A DNA stretch of 64,000 nt. Origin: Candidatus Helarchaeota archaeon. Its GTDB lineage: Archaea; Asgardarchaeota; Lokiarchaeia; Helarchaeales; RDOG01. The stretch is taken from NCBI GenBank assembly GCA_019058315.1, contig JAHPZH010000001.1, positions 1,233,432-1,297,431 on the forward strand, in the 5' to 3' direction. How positions within the stretch are numbered: the stretch's first letter is position 1; each line of letters opens with the position of its first letter. Below the pieces are notes generated by a model. That model was given only the letters and a program-made list of their open reading frames with translations. It did no database searches and was not told the DNA's origin. Positions 50,097-60,257 of this stretch are shown one piece after another. Position numbers and translations under genes: made by a program.

Positions 50097-51680
50097 GTGG
50101 AAAATTTTGCCAGAATGATAATAGATGAAATAAAAAGTGGAAGAATAAAAAATAAAAAAGATTTAGAAAGGCGAAAGAGGAATATATGCCATAAAAATAA
50201 GCTTTCTAAAGTTTTTAGTAATGCTGATATATTAAATTTTGCTAATGATGAAGAACGAGAAGAAATAATACACTTATTATTGAAACGACCTATCCGCACA
50301 ATTAGTGGAGTTGCTGTTGTAGCAATTATGAGCAAACCACAACCATGTCCGCATGGTAAATGTTTATATTGTCCAGGAGGTCCAGAATTTGGCAGCCCAC
50401 AAAGCTATACAGGTCTAGAACCTGCAGCTTTACGTTCCATTCAAAATGATTTTGATCCTTATAAACAAGTTTCTGCACGTCTTCGACAATTAAGTGCTAT
50501 TGGTCACCCAATTGATAAAATTGATCTTATTATTATGGGAGGAACATTTCCAAGTTTCCCAGAAGCTTATCAAAATTGGTTTATTAAAAGATCATTAGAT
50601 GCAATTAATCAAATCGATTCAAAAAATTTGCAACATGCTCTTAAAATAGCTGAAACTGCAAAAAACCGTCTAATTGGTATGACCATCGAAACTAGACCAG
50701 ATTATTGTTCACAAGATCAAATAAATATGTTATTAGAATATGGTACTACTCGAGTTGAAATTGGTGTACAAAATTTAGATGACCAAATATATAAGAAAGT
50801 AAAAAGAGGACATACAGTAAAAGATGTTGAAAATGCTTTCCAATTATTAAGAGATAATTCTTTGAAAATTACTGCTCATATGATGCCATTTTTACCCGGA
50901 TCTTCTTTTGAGAAAGATTTAGCTGCATTTAATACTTTATTTTATGATGATCGTTTCAAACCTGACGAATTAAAGATTTATCCTACACAAGTAATTGAAG
51001 GGACGGAATTATATGATATGTGGAAAAATGGGGATTATAAAGCTGCTACTGATGAAGAAGTCATTGATCTCCTTGTCGAAGTTAAAAAAATTATTCCACC
51101 ATATGTAAGAATAAAGAGAATAATTAGAGACATCCCTGCATATAAAATTGTAGCAGGACCTAAAAAAAGTAATTTGCGAGAATTAGTCAAAAAAGAATTA
51201 GATAAAAAGGGTCTCAAGTGTAATTGTATACGTTGTAGAGAAGTCGGACATATGGAATATAAATATGGAATAAGACCAGATATAAAAAATATTAAATTAA
51301 AAAAATATGAATATAACGCATCAAATGGGAAGGAATTTTTCCTCTCATTTGAAGATATAGAACAAAATATTATCATAGGATTCCTAAGACTAAGGATTCC
51401 ATCAGAAGAGACTAAACGCAAAGAAATTAATGAAATCCCAACCGCTCTAGTAAGAGAACTTCATATCTATGGACCAATGTTAAAAATTGGAGAAAAATCA
51501 CTAGATGGATGGCAACATCAAGGATACGGACAAAATTTATTAAAAGAAGCTGAAGAAATAGCAAAAAACGAATTTGATCGTAATAAACTATTAGTTATAA
51601 GTGGAGCTGGAGCAAGAGAATATTATTATAAATTCGGATTTAAAAAAGATGGTCCCTTTGTATCTAAATTATTGAATTAA
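50097..51680 (+). CDS. elp3: tRNA uridine(34) acetyltransferase Elp3 (radical SAM plus KAT)
   Basis: RTISGVAVVAIM, CPHGKCLYCPGG, QSYTG, ETRPD, ELKIYPT, VRELHIYG, QHQGYG. Confidence 0.96.
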   Translation: MENFARMIIDEIKSGRIKNKKDLERRKRNICHKNKLSKVFSNADILNFANDEEREEIIHLLLKRPIRTISGVAVVAIMSKPQPCPHGKCLYCPGGPEFGSPQSYTGLEPAALRSIQNDFDPYKQVSARLRQLSAIGHPIDKIDLIIMGGTFPSFPEAYQNWFIKRSLDAINQIDSKNLQHALKIAETAKNRLIGMTIETRPDYCSQDQINMLLEYGTTRVEIGVQNLDDQIYKKVKRGHTVKDVENAFQLLRDNSLKITAHMMPFLPGSSFEKDLAAFNTLFYDDRFKPDELKIYPTQVIEGTELYDMWKNGDYKAATDEEVIDLLVEVKKIIPPYVRIKRIIRDIPAYKIVAGPKKSNLRELVKKELDKKGLKCNCIRCREVGHMEYKYGIRPDIKNIKLKKYEYNASNGKEFFLSFEDIEQNIIIGFLRLRIPSEETKRKEINEIPTALVRELHIYGPMLKIGEKSLDGWQHQGYGQNLLKEAEEIAKNEFDRNKLLVISGAGAREYYYKFGFKKDGPFVSKLLN

Positions 51681-52042
51681 TCGAATTCGATGGTTCCTGT
51701 TTTTAGATATCCTTGTTTTTGTAGCCAACGTGCTTGTGTCTTAGTATATCTTGTAATGATTTCTCCTCTTTCATCGCTTTGCATGTCAATCCAAGGTTCT
51801 ACAAGGACAACATCATCGATTCTAATCCACATTCGTTTGCGTATTTTCCCTCTAATCCGACAATTTCTAACTTTATCATCTTCACATTGAACTTTTAGCC
51901 AACCCCCACCTAATATTTGAATTACCCTTCCTAGAACTTGGCCCTCCACGGGGGTTTGAATTCGTCTAAAATAAGTAGTTTGGTCTGTTGGACCTGATGT
52001 TTTTTTCTTTTTTTTTGAACGTGCTTTCTTTTTTGGGGGCAA
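51677..52042 (-). CDS. eif1a: Translation initiation factor aIF-1A
   Basis: GQVLGRVIQILGGG...CRIRGKIRKRMWIRIDDVVLVEPW...RGEIITRYT. Confidence 0.93.
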   Translation of the reverse strand: MPPKKKARSKKKKKTSGPTDQTTYFRRIQTPVEGQVLGRVIQILGGGWLKVQCEDDKVRNCRIRGKIRKRMWIRIDDVVLVEPWIDMQSDERGEIITRYTKTQARWLQKQGYLKTGTIEFD

Positions 52043-52234
52043 GATAACTTCTCATTAAATATATTTTATATTGAATTTATTATATTAAAAAAATCTATAC
52101 TTAAAAATATGTAGGTGAATTGGGAATTTTGATTTGTAAATTTATAAAATATTTTTAATCTTTGATTTCTATAACTTTAATAGAAGACTAAATAGAGAAA
52201 TATATTCTCGTTTTGAGGATATAAATAATATATT

Positions 52235-52810
52235 TTAACCAATTCTTCCATCGAAATGGATATTGATTTCTAAAGTATTGTCTTCCCTTAAATTTGTATC
52301 TACTTTTGAAGTAAATAAACGATACCTTATATTCATTATATTAGATAGAAATTTGGTTAATGATTTTGTACAATTTGATAACAATATTTTTGCTATTTCG
52401 TTTTCATCAGTAATATGGTCAATTCTGTATTTTTCTTTTAAATATCTTAGAACATTTAATTCTTCAGCGTCAAAAATATAATATAAATCAATATCGGCAT
52501 CTACATTACTTTTACCTTTTTTAACTTCAACTTTCAAGTTTGAATCAAATGAAAATATTTCAGTCAAGAATTCTGTAAAAATATAAGACCCAGCGAATTC
52601 TAGAAAAGGTGAGATTAAATATGATCCCTTAATACTAACCCATTTCTGCCATATCGGGTGAAAACGTTCTAAATATGATTTTACTGCTATTTGATTATAA
52701 TTTGCCTCATTAACAATGGCTTTTTCTAGTCTACCTCCGGAAATTTCTAGGTTGCTTTCACTAATTATTCTTTCAACCATCGGAGAAAAATTTTGATGCA
52801 ATAAAATCAC
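52235..52810 (-). CDS. Hypothetical protein
   Basis: 191-aa open frame with host-like composition; family not recognised. Confidence 0.65.
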   Translation of the reverse strand: MILLHQNFSPMVERIISESNLEISGGRLEKAIVNEANYNQIAVKSYLERFHPIWQKWVSIKGSYLISPFLEFAGSYIFTEFLTEIFSFDSNLKVEVKKGKSNVDADIDLYYIFDAEELNVLRYLKEKYRIDHITDENEIAKILLSNCTKSLTKFLSNIMNIRYRLFTSKVDTNLREDNTLEINIHFDGRIG

Positions 52811-52956
52811 ATTTCAATTTCTACAATTGATAATCATAACTTGAATAAAATTATTATCTTTTATTATTTCATTTCAATATTTACTTAATTAATTGTAGGT
52901 GCGAATATAATTTTCAATTCATTAAATATAAGCAAAAAATTAATATTTAAAAAAGA

Positions 52957-53448
52957 ATGTGTGAAAAAATGACTCAAATTGGCGTTATTGGTTCTGGATT
53001 TTTAGAAGATAAATCAATTTATAAAATTGCTTATGAGATTGGAAGAGAAATTGCACTTAATAATTTTATTCTAATTTGTGGTGGGAAAGGAGGTGTTATG
53101 GAAGCAGTTTGTAAAGGTGTCAAGGAAGTTAATGGATTAAGTGTAGGAATATTACCAAGTATTAATAAAAATGAGGCAAATGAATTTGTAACCATAAAAA
53201 TTCCTACAAATTTAGGAGAAGATAGAAATTATTTAGTTGTTCAGTCTTCAGAAATTGTTATTTGTATTGCAGGACAAGTAGGTACGAAAATGGAAGCTGA
53301 ATATACATTAAAACTAAAGAAACCCTTGATTACAATACCAAAAACAGGTGGTATTTCACTAAATATTACTAAAAAATATCCAGAATCTGTATATCCTGTA
53401 AAAAATGCTAAGGATGCTATTAAAAAAATTTTAGATTTGATTAAATAA
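52957..53448 (+). CDS. LOG-family (TIGR00725-like) nucleotide-binding protein
   Basis: QIGVIGS, LICGGKGGVMEAVCKG, SVGILP, RNYLVV, GTKMEA. Confidence 0.88.
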   Translation: MCEKMTQIGVIGSGFLEDKSIYKIAYEIGREIALNNFILICGGKGGVMEAVCKGVKEVNGLSVGILPSINKNEANEFVTIKIPTNLGEDRNYLVVQSSEIVICIAGQVGTKMEAEYTLKLKKPLITIPKTGGISLNITKKYPESVYPVKNAKDAIKKILDLIK

Positions 53449-53541
53449 AATTAAATTATAGATAATTTTAATTAGGAATTATTAAAACTATTAATTTACA
53501 ATATTTTAGAATTTGTAATATTTTAGAAAAACATTTATGAG

Positions 53542-53880
53542 GTGGCTGATATGGGTAAAAAAAAGACATTATTTAAAGGAGTAATGGAAGGAACGGCAAC
53601 AACATATTGGTATGGTTCCAATTTTGTTATCAAATTAGATAATCCTATAGAAGGCATTCCAGAGGAATTTGTTGTATATTCAAGTGCGATGGCAGGTAGT
53701 GGTGGAGGTTTTGGAGCTATGAAATCAATGAGAAAAATTATGGCAACTAATATTCGACCAGGAGACAAGATGATTGTTGAAGGAGAACTTATTGTAGAGT
53801 ATGAGGGAAAGGAACAACTTGAATTTGTTCGAATGGCAGCAGATCATATTTACAATGGAACTTTAAAATGTGGATTCTAA
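53542..53880 (+). CDS. Hypothetical protein (possible OB fold)
   Basis: Beta-rich 112 aa; IRPGDKMIVEG...IYNGTL. Confidence 0.6.
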   Translation: MADMGKKKTLFKGVMEGTATTYWYGSNFVIKLDNPIEGIPEEFVVYSSAMAGSGGGFGAMKSMRKIMATNIRPGDKMIVEGELIVEYEGKEQLEFVRMAADHIYNGTLKCGF

Positions 53881-54053
53881 GTTAAAAAGAATTTCCCTTA
53901 TTTTTTTATTTTAGGTAGGTTTCATTATATATTTATAAATCATTCGTATAAAGACTGACCATGTCTCTAATGAGACCTTAAAATGTGGATATTTAGAACC
54001 GGTAGAATTTGAAAAAATTTTCCTTAAACACAACTCTGTTTAAAAAATATATT

Positions 54054-54413
54054 TTAATTAAAATTTTTACGCCCACAGTATTCGCATACGGCTTCTTTTA
54101 GAGGAGCTTTGCAGAATTGACAAGTATAGTTTAATTCTTTAAGTGGATCTTTCTTTTTCCTTCTCCTAAATCTCGAAGTATAATATGTAGGAGTACTATA
54201 TGATTGAGAGGAGAAAGGTCTTGAAAAACTACTACCAAATTTAATTTTTAATATTATAATCGTTATAAAAACACCCGCCATTATTGCTGCAATAGTTATA
54301 AACGTTGTAGTTCCCCTATTGACATTATCTCTAAACCAAATTTCACTCAGTAAAGCAAATAGCCAAAATGCTCTGTCCATTTCATCTGGATCCATAAATA
54401 AAAAAAATAACAT
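54054..54413 (-). CDS. Small membrane protein with a C-terminal Zn ribbon
   Basis: TM segment (FITIAAIMAGVFITIIIL), Ser/Tyr-rich linker, CQFC...CEYC. GGTGGGAG precedes the ATG. Confidence 0.7.
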   Translation of the reverse strand: MLFFLFMDPDEMDRAFWLFALLSEIWFRDNVNRGTTTFITIAAIMAGVFITIIILKIKFGSSFSRPFSSQSYSTPTYYTSRFRRRKKKDPLKELNYTCQFCKAPLKEAVCEYCGRKNFN

Positions 54414-54549
54414 ACTCCCACCTTTTGAAAAGGTTAACTAATTGTAATATAGATAATATAGAGTAAATACTACTATAAAATGATTTTTATCATTTTTTAG
54501 AATTTAGATGTTTTTATCGATAAAATTAAAAATAAAAATAAGAAATAAA

Positions 54550-55356
54550 TTATTTTCCAACAAAATTTGATTCTCTTTTTTCTTTCAGAGCTTTTAAAGA
54601 TTCGCTAAAGTCTTTAGATGCTGCTGTTTTTCGTAACCCTTTATTTTCCATATCTAAAGCATCGGATATAAATTGTGTAAGAGGTTTATGTAGTGCTCTT
54701 TTCATCATTTTTAAAGCAAGACTTGGACCTTTCGGAGGTACTAATTTAAGTGCTTGTTCTCTTGTATATGGAATTAGTTCTTCAGGTTTACAGACTTTAT
54801 TTATAAGTCCAAAGTCATACATTTGTTGAGCAGAGATTTTGTCTCCAAAAAACATCAGTTCTTTTGTTTTTGGATATCCGATCAGACGAGGGAGGATGAA
54901 ACTGGATGCAAATTCGGGAATTATAGCCCTTTTAACAAACATGAAGCTTGCATAGGCATTTTCAGACATGTAGATTAAGTCGCAACAAGTCAGAGGCATT
55001 GTTATGCCAGCGCCGAGTGCTAATCCATTAATAGCTGCAATTATGGGTTTTTCAAATTCCCACATTTTTAAACATAGCTTTTTTTGTGCAATATCATTCA
55101 GATCTATTTCTTTTTTAATTTCAGGAGGAATCTGTTCTAATATTTTCATATTAAAATAACCACCAGATGAAAATGCATCCCCAGCTCCAGTCATTATTAT
55201 GACACGTGCCTTTTTATCTTTTTGAGCTTGATCAAATGCTTGCCAAAGTTCCCAAAATGTCAATTGAGATAGCGCATTTTTTCTTTCTGGTTTGTTTAAT
55301 GTAATAGTTACAATTCCGTTCTCTTCTTGGTCAAAAATTATATCTTCAAATTCCAA
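54550..55356 (-). CDS. Enoyl-CoA hydratase/isomerase family protein
   Basis: ITLNKPERKNAL, AFSSGG, KPIIAAINGLALGAG, PEFASS. Confidence 0.92.
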   Translation of the reverse strand: MEFEDIIFDQEENGIVTITLNKPERKNALSQLTFWELWQAFDQAQKDKKARVIIMTGAGDAFSSGGYFNMKILEQIPPEIKKEIDLNDIAQKKLCLKMWEFEKPIIAAINGLALGAGITMPLTCCDLIYMSENAYASFMFVKRAIIPEFASSFILPRLIGYPKTKELMFFGDKISAQQMYDFGLINKVCKPEELIPYTREQALKLVPPKGPSLALKMMKRALHKPLTQFISDALDMENKGLRKTAASKDFSESLKALKEKRESNFVGK

Positions 55357-55449
55357 ATTAATAACCCTATTAATTTATTCTTTTTAAAATGGTTAAATTA
55401 AAGTTCACAAAACATCTTTTAAATTTTTCAAAAAGATTCTAATAACAAA

Positions 55450-56730
55450 CTAAAAAAAAGTTTTAATTTTTTCGAGTTCAACACCCGATTTTGATATTCT
55501 TAAACTCCCAAATTGAATTTGATCTATTATTTCTTTTACAGGGGTGAAAATTTTAATAATATTTTCTTCATAGTCAATCTCCTCAATTATGCCTGTACCA
55601 TAATGTATATTATTTCCTACTAAACCTACAAGAATCCCCTTTTCAATATCTAATTGGACTATATGAATATATTGAACATTATATTTTTCTTTTAACAAAT
55701 TTAAGTTGTCAAGTTTCCAAAATTTCTCTTCATCTTGGACAAAAAATATACCATCTTTACTAATTTCACAATATTTTGATTTTAAATCTAAAATTTCCTC
55801 AATTGATTTTAAAGTAGATTCATCAGGTTTGTTTCCAGTTTTAAATAAACAATACGCAAAATTAATTTCATTACAATTGAAAGATCTAGATGTAGCATTT
55901 AGGAAATAGTCTCGAAAGGATACTTCTCGTAAGAATCTTCTATCATTAAAATTTCGTATATGAATATTTTTTGAAACAGATAATCTATGAATAGGGATAA
56001 TTTCATAAAAAGGTTTTAATAAGTGTTCAATTTCAGATTCTTTTTGAATTCCTACGATTAAATTTGGTTTAATTAATTCAATTTTTGATGTTTTATAACT
56101 TCTTGCTGCATTTCCTTTTATCCAGCCACTTGTATCGATTAATATTACATCATTTTTAAGTGCTTCTTCTAACAATCTTCCTATTCCTGCCAAACATCTA
56201 ATCATATGTCCTGAAGGAGAAGTATTACCTACAAAAAAGAGACTTTCAATTGGAACATCTTTAAGATCATAAACAGATTCTTTTAAAATTCCTAATCCAA
56301 TTGTACAGGGAGGACCTATATCATGTTGACCTACATCTAAATCAAGCACTGCTGTTTTATAACCATTTTCAAAACTTTTATTAGCGAGATAAGTAATGAG
56401 TGAAGTTTTTCCCGTATCTCCACCTCCCATTAGGAGAATTTTACATGGTTTTGCAAGTTCCAAAATTTTTTTTGCTAATTTCCTTTTATCTTCAGAAATT
56501 GCAGGTCCTTCTATTTTCTCTATGTTGTTTGAAGAATCAGTATTAATTTGTAAAATTGAAAGCTTATTAGCTTCGATGGGTAATGATTTACCTTTTTTAA
56601 CGATTAAAGATTCACTACTATAAATTTTCTTACCAAAGATTTCAATTTCTCCATCATCCACTTGAATTTTAGAAGGTCCAATTATTTTCCTTACTTCATT
56701 TTTTTTGAGTTTGATTTCCATTTGGTCCAC
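55450..56730 (-). CDS. clp1: Clp1/Nol9-family polynucleotide 5'-hydroxyl kinase with an N-terminal beta-sandwich
   Basis: GGGDTGKTS, DLDVGQ..IGPP, FVGNTSP, IDTSGW, RRFLRE...YF. Confidence 0.88.
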   Translation of the reverse strand: MDQMEIKLKKNEVRKIIGPSKIQVDDGEIEIFGKKIYSSESLIVKKGKSLPIEANKLSILQINTDSSNNIEKIEGPAISEDKRKLAKKILELAKPCKILLMGGGDTGKTSLITYLANKSFENGYKTAVLDLDVGQHDIGPPCTIGLGILKESVYDLKDVPIESLFFVGNTSPSGHMIRCLAGIGRLLEEALKNDVILIDTSGWIKGNAARSYKTSKIELIKPNLIVGIQKESEIEHLLKPFYEIIPIHRLSVSKNIHIRNFNDRRFLREVSFRDYFLNATSRSFNCNEINFAYCLFKTGNKPDESTLKSIEEILDLKSKYCEISKDGIFFVQDEEKFWKLDNLNLLKEKYNVQYIHIVQLDIEKGILVGLVGNNIHYGTGIIEEIDYEENIIKIFTPVKEIIDQIQFGSLRISKSGVELEKIKTFF

Positions 56731-57072
56731 TTAAATATAGAATTTGTCTTTGGGCCTAGAAGGTGATTTAACTGTTAAAATTTTAGCATAATCCGATAGA
56801 ACTCTTAAAGAATGGGTCTCATTGGGTTCAAAATAGATTGCTGTTCCCTTACCAAGATTTATTTTTTTATGGTTAACATCAAATTCTATCAAACCTTCAA
56901 TAATGTACAAAATTTCTTGTACTTCCAAGTGGAAATGAGCTCTAAATGACTCTCCTTTATTAAATTCAGCAACTCCCAACTCCACTTCATTTATTGACGC
57001 ATTCCATGGTCCAATTAACCATTTCGAAATTTTTTCCCCTTTCTCTACCTCTTTTTCATTAATTATAAACAA
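56731..57072 (-). CDS. Cupin-domain protein
   Basis: AHFHLEVQEILYIIEG and FEPNETH. Confidence 0.85.
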   Translation of the reverse strand: MFIINEKEVEKGEKISKWLIGPWNASINEVELGVAEFNKGESFRAHFHLEVQEILYIIEGLIEFDVNHKKINLGKGTAIYFEPNETHSLRVLSDYAKILTVKSPSRPKDKFYI

Positions 57073-57106
57073 AATATAACCTCATTATCTTTTGGGTTTA
57101 AGAAAA

Positions 57107-58021
57107 TTAACCCCCAATTTTCACTTTTAAACCATAAGATTCTAGAATTTTTTTTATTTCCTCTAACCGATCTATCTCAGGAGGTTTAACATCATGCATA
57201 GTCCATTCCATATCTAACTTTTCGTATTTTGATTCTCCTAATCGGTGGAAAGGAATAATATTAATTTCATTGACACCTTCTAACATCTTTACAAATTCCC
57301 CAGTTTGTTTAATATTTTTATTGGAATCATTGTAGCCGGGTATTAAAGGGAACCTAATTATCATTAGCTTCTTTGACTTTGAAATTTTTTTAATATTTTC
57401 AATGATAATATTATTATTTTTTCCTGTAAACTCCTCATGGCTATTGGAATCCATGTGTTTAAGATCAAATAAGACTAAATCAATATATTCTAAAACTTCA
57501 TTAAAAGTTTTCCAACTTACATACCCACAAGTTTCAATAGCGGTATTAATATTTCTATTTTTACATTCTTTTAATAATTCTATTAAAAATTTTGGTTGCA
57601 TCAATGGTTCTCCCCCAGAAACCGTGATTCCACCACCACTTTTTTCATAAAATGGTCTATCTTTTTCCACTTCTTTAATAACTTCTTCTACAGTCATTTT
57701 TTTTCCTGCTACTTCTAAAGCTTCAGCATAGCATGTTTCAATACATTTCAAACATCGATTACACTTATCACGATCAATTCTTTTATCAGCAGATTTAATT
57801 ATTGCATCTTCAGAACAGACTTCTGAACATTTTCCGCAACCTATACATTTAACTTTTGAAAATAGGATCTCAGGGTACGTATTTTGAGATTCTGGATTAC
57901 TACACCATAAACAACGTAATGGACATCCTTTAAAAAATACTAAAGTTCTAATACCTGGTCCATCATGGATGGAATAGCGTTGAATGTTGAAAATCGTTCC
58001 AACAGTTTCCATTTTTTTCAC
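57107..58021 (-). CDS. Glycyl-radical enzyme activating enzyme (radical SAM with a ferredoxin-like insert)
   Basis: IQRYSIHDGPGIRT.VFFKGCPLRCLWCSNPE, CIGCGKC..VC and CNRCLKC..TC, GGITVSGGEP, ETCG, DLK. Confidence 0.93.
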   Translation of the reverse strand: MKKMETVGTIFNIQRYSIHDGPGIRTLVFFKGCPLRCLWCSNPESQNTYPEILFSKVKCIGCGKCSEVCSEDAIIKSADKRIDRDKCNRCLKCIETCYAEALEVAGKKMTVEEVIKEVEKDRPFYEKSGGGITVSGGEPLMQPKFLIELLKECKNRNINTAIETCGYVSWKTFNEVLEYIDLVLFDLKHMDSNSHEEFTGKNNNIIIENIKKISKSKKLMIIRFPLIPGYNDSNKNIKQTGEFVKMLEGVNEINIIPFHRLGESKYEKLDMEWTMHDVKPPEIDRLEEIKKILESYGLKVKIGG

Positions 58022-58122
58022 AAAAAAAGTAAAGTTGAAATTGCTTTTAGAAATTGCTCTTTAAAATATTGGAATATAATGAGTTTTGAATTAATACAAT
58101 TGATATAAATTATAAAGGTTCA

Positions 58123-58671
58123 TTATTTAATGAGCTTTTCTGCAATTTTATAAAAGGCTTTTTCCACTTGTTCACCAGTCTTAGCGGATGTTTCGAAGAA
58201 CGCAATAGATTTTATAATTTTGGACATTTCTTCGCCTTTTTCAGTCGAAACAGGAGCTAGATCATCTTTTATTAAGCTCCTTGATAGCCCTTTCATCTCA
58301 CTTCTTAAGTCTACCTTGTTACCAACAAGAATTAAAGGAACATCCTCAATATCACGTAAATCTTGAACAAAGTCGGGAACTTCCAGGTATGTGCTGGGTT
58401 TAGTGACGTCATAAACTACTAGAGCAGCACTTGAGCCCCTATAATACATCTGTCTTACACGGCCGAACTTTTCCTGACCTGCAACATCCCAACATAACAG
58501 TTGAACATTTTTATTATCCACTTTAAGATCTTTAATTAATATATTCACACCGATTGTTTCTTTATATGATTCAGAGAATGAATTTTCCACATATTTTTTG
58601 ATTAAAGATGTCTTACCTACAGCAGGGGCGCCCACAAGAATTATTTTGAAATTATATGTTTCCTCACTCAT
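58123..58671 (-). CDS. Rab-like small GTPase (canonical motifs, no C-terminal Cys)
   Basis: GAPAVGKTS, YKETIGV, WDVAGQEKF, YYRGS, GNKVD, ETSAK. Confidence 0.93.
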   Translation of the reverse strand: MSEETYNFKIILVGAPAVGKTSLIKKYVENSFSESYKETIGVNILIKDLKVDNKNVQLLCWDVAGQEKFGRVRQMYYRGSSAALVVYDVTKPSTYLEVPDFVQDLRDIEDVPLILVGNKVDLRSEMKGLSRSLIKDDLAPVSTEKGEEMSKIIKSIAFFETSAKTGEQVEKAFYKIAEKLIK

Positions 58672-58771
58672 TTTTCTACCATACCATATTTTTAGATTTA
58701 TTAATTAAATTATTAAAAAATCAGCCAATTCATAAAAAAATTTTTTGATTATTTCTTTTTAAATAAATTTA

Positions 58772-59269
58772 TCACTCAAATAAACTTGGATAAATTTTTT
58801 TTACCAAAGGATATTGTTCTTCTAAAGCCTTAAGCCATAGGTCTTTCTCCCACATCTCTTTTAATTCTTCATTATTCATTATATATTTTAACCTTTCTTT
58901 AAGTTGTTCACAAGTTGGTTTTGAGGGTATATATATCAATGTATTTAACTTTTTTCCATCAGAAAGAACAACTTTGCATGTAGTTCTTTGAAATAGATGT
59001 GGAACTCCCTCATAAAAGTCTAATTCTTTTAAACCATCAACTGAAATATCATATACCAACGCTTTTACTGTAGAATTTTTTTTAGTTGGAACTGCAAAAG
59101 GATAAAAAATACCCAATTCTTCAAATTTAGGATGATAAATTCTTACAAAATTCTCAATTGAACCAGTTCCAATTACTTTAAAAAGACTTTCACCAGATGC
59201 GGAACGAATTATAAAAGTACCATACCCTATCATTTTGACTTGCTTTTCGGACTCTTCACTTTTTTCCAT
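58772..59269 (-). CDS. Gamma-glutamylcyclotransferase (GGCT/AIG2-like) family protein
   Basis: IGYGTF and LKELDFYEGVPHLFQR. Confidence 0.75.
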   Translation of the reverse strand: MEKSEESEKQVKMIGYGTFIIRSASGESLFKVIGTGSIENFVRIYHPKFEELGIFYPFAVPTKKNSTVKALVYDISVDGLKELDFYEGVPHLFQRTTCKVVLSDGKKLNTLIYIPSKPTCEQLKERLKYIMNNEELKEMWEKDLWLKALEEQYPLVKKIYPSLFE

Positions 59270-59390
59270 TTATTATCGGTCCATAATAAATAATCATTAT
59301 TTTATCTTATTTTTGAATAATTACTATTAATAAATTAACTTGAAAAAATATTAAATGTTTGATTAAACTATTAAACTTATCATTTATAAG

Positions 59391-60257
59391 ATGGGACTTC
59401 TAATGAATGAAAAACGATTTACTAACTTAATAATAACCTATTTAATATTATGGGCAGTATCAGTATTTGTTCCAGATATTCTTTTTAGAAATTCTTCTAA
59501 TATTTTTGCCAAAATGATAAGAATTCAAGTCCCAGTTGCCGAATACGGAATTTTTTCTACTAATCTTCATCTAAGTACTTTATTTGAATTTATTCTACCA
59601 TTTGTAATCAATCCCATCTTCATCTTTCTTTTATATAGAGAGCTTAAAAGTTCTCCTCCACGAGATACAGATAATAGATTGACGATCTGGACTAAATATG
59701 GAATTATAAGTGCAATGTTGATTTTTTCTTTGGGCTATGGCTTTCATTATGTAGGAGATGCACTTGATACAATCATCCCATTTGATTGGATATCAATCAG
59801 TTTAATCACGGGTCATATAAATGAGGCCCTAATATTTATGTATGTGAAGATTCCAGCTTATTATTTTGATGAAGTGATAGCTCATAAATTAGTACAATTT
59901 GGACTATATGGTTCTTATTCAGGATTAGCTATTATACAATATTTGCATCCAATAGAAATTGAATTAAATGAATTAGAGTATTATGGAAAAGCTATTTTAG
60001 GTGGTGCCTTTGGGGGTGCAACAGCAATCGCATTAGCAGAAGGTCAATGTGCCTTTGAATTTTTATTTTTTAATCTCTTTACACTAATATTTATTGTAAT
60101 CCAAATAAAAAAATTAGAAATTAATCTGCGTAAGCTGCCTTTTTTAACTTTCTTCTTATTCTATTTATTAATAATGATAATTGTAACTCTAATTTGGGGC
60201 CTAGTAACTGGATTCAAACCCTTCTACCCATTCTTTTATCAAATGAGCGAATTATAA
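59391..60257 (+). CDS. Polytopic membrane protein, CLN6-like
   Basis: About 7-8 TM segments, with the motifs GYGFHYVGDAL, YYFDEVIAH and AEGQ in the same order as in CLN6 (from memory). Confidence 0.65.
   Translation: MGLLMNEKRFTNLIITYLILWAVSVFVPDILFRNSSNIFAKMIRIQVPVAEYGIFSTNLHLSTLFEFILPFVINPIFIFLLYRELKSSPPRDTDNRLTIWTKYGIISAMLIFSLGYGFHYVGDALDTIIPFDWISISLITGHINEALIFMYVKIPAYYFDEVIAHKLVQFGLYGSYSGLAIIQYLHPIEIELNELEYYGKAILGGAFGGATAIALAEGQCAFEFLFFNLFTLIFIVIQIKKLEINLRKLPFLTFFLFYLLIMIIVTLIWGLVTGFKPFYPFFYQMSEL

Noticed and set aside
53960-53980. Small hairpin GTCTC-TAAT-GAGAC between convergent genes
   Set aside because: A 5-bp stem is expected by chance and has no other support.
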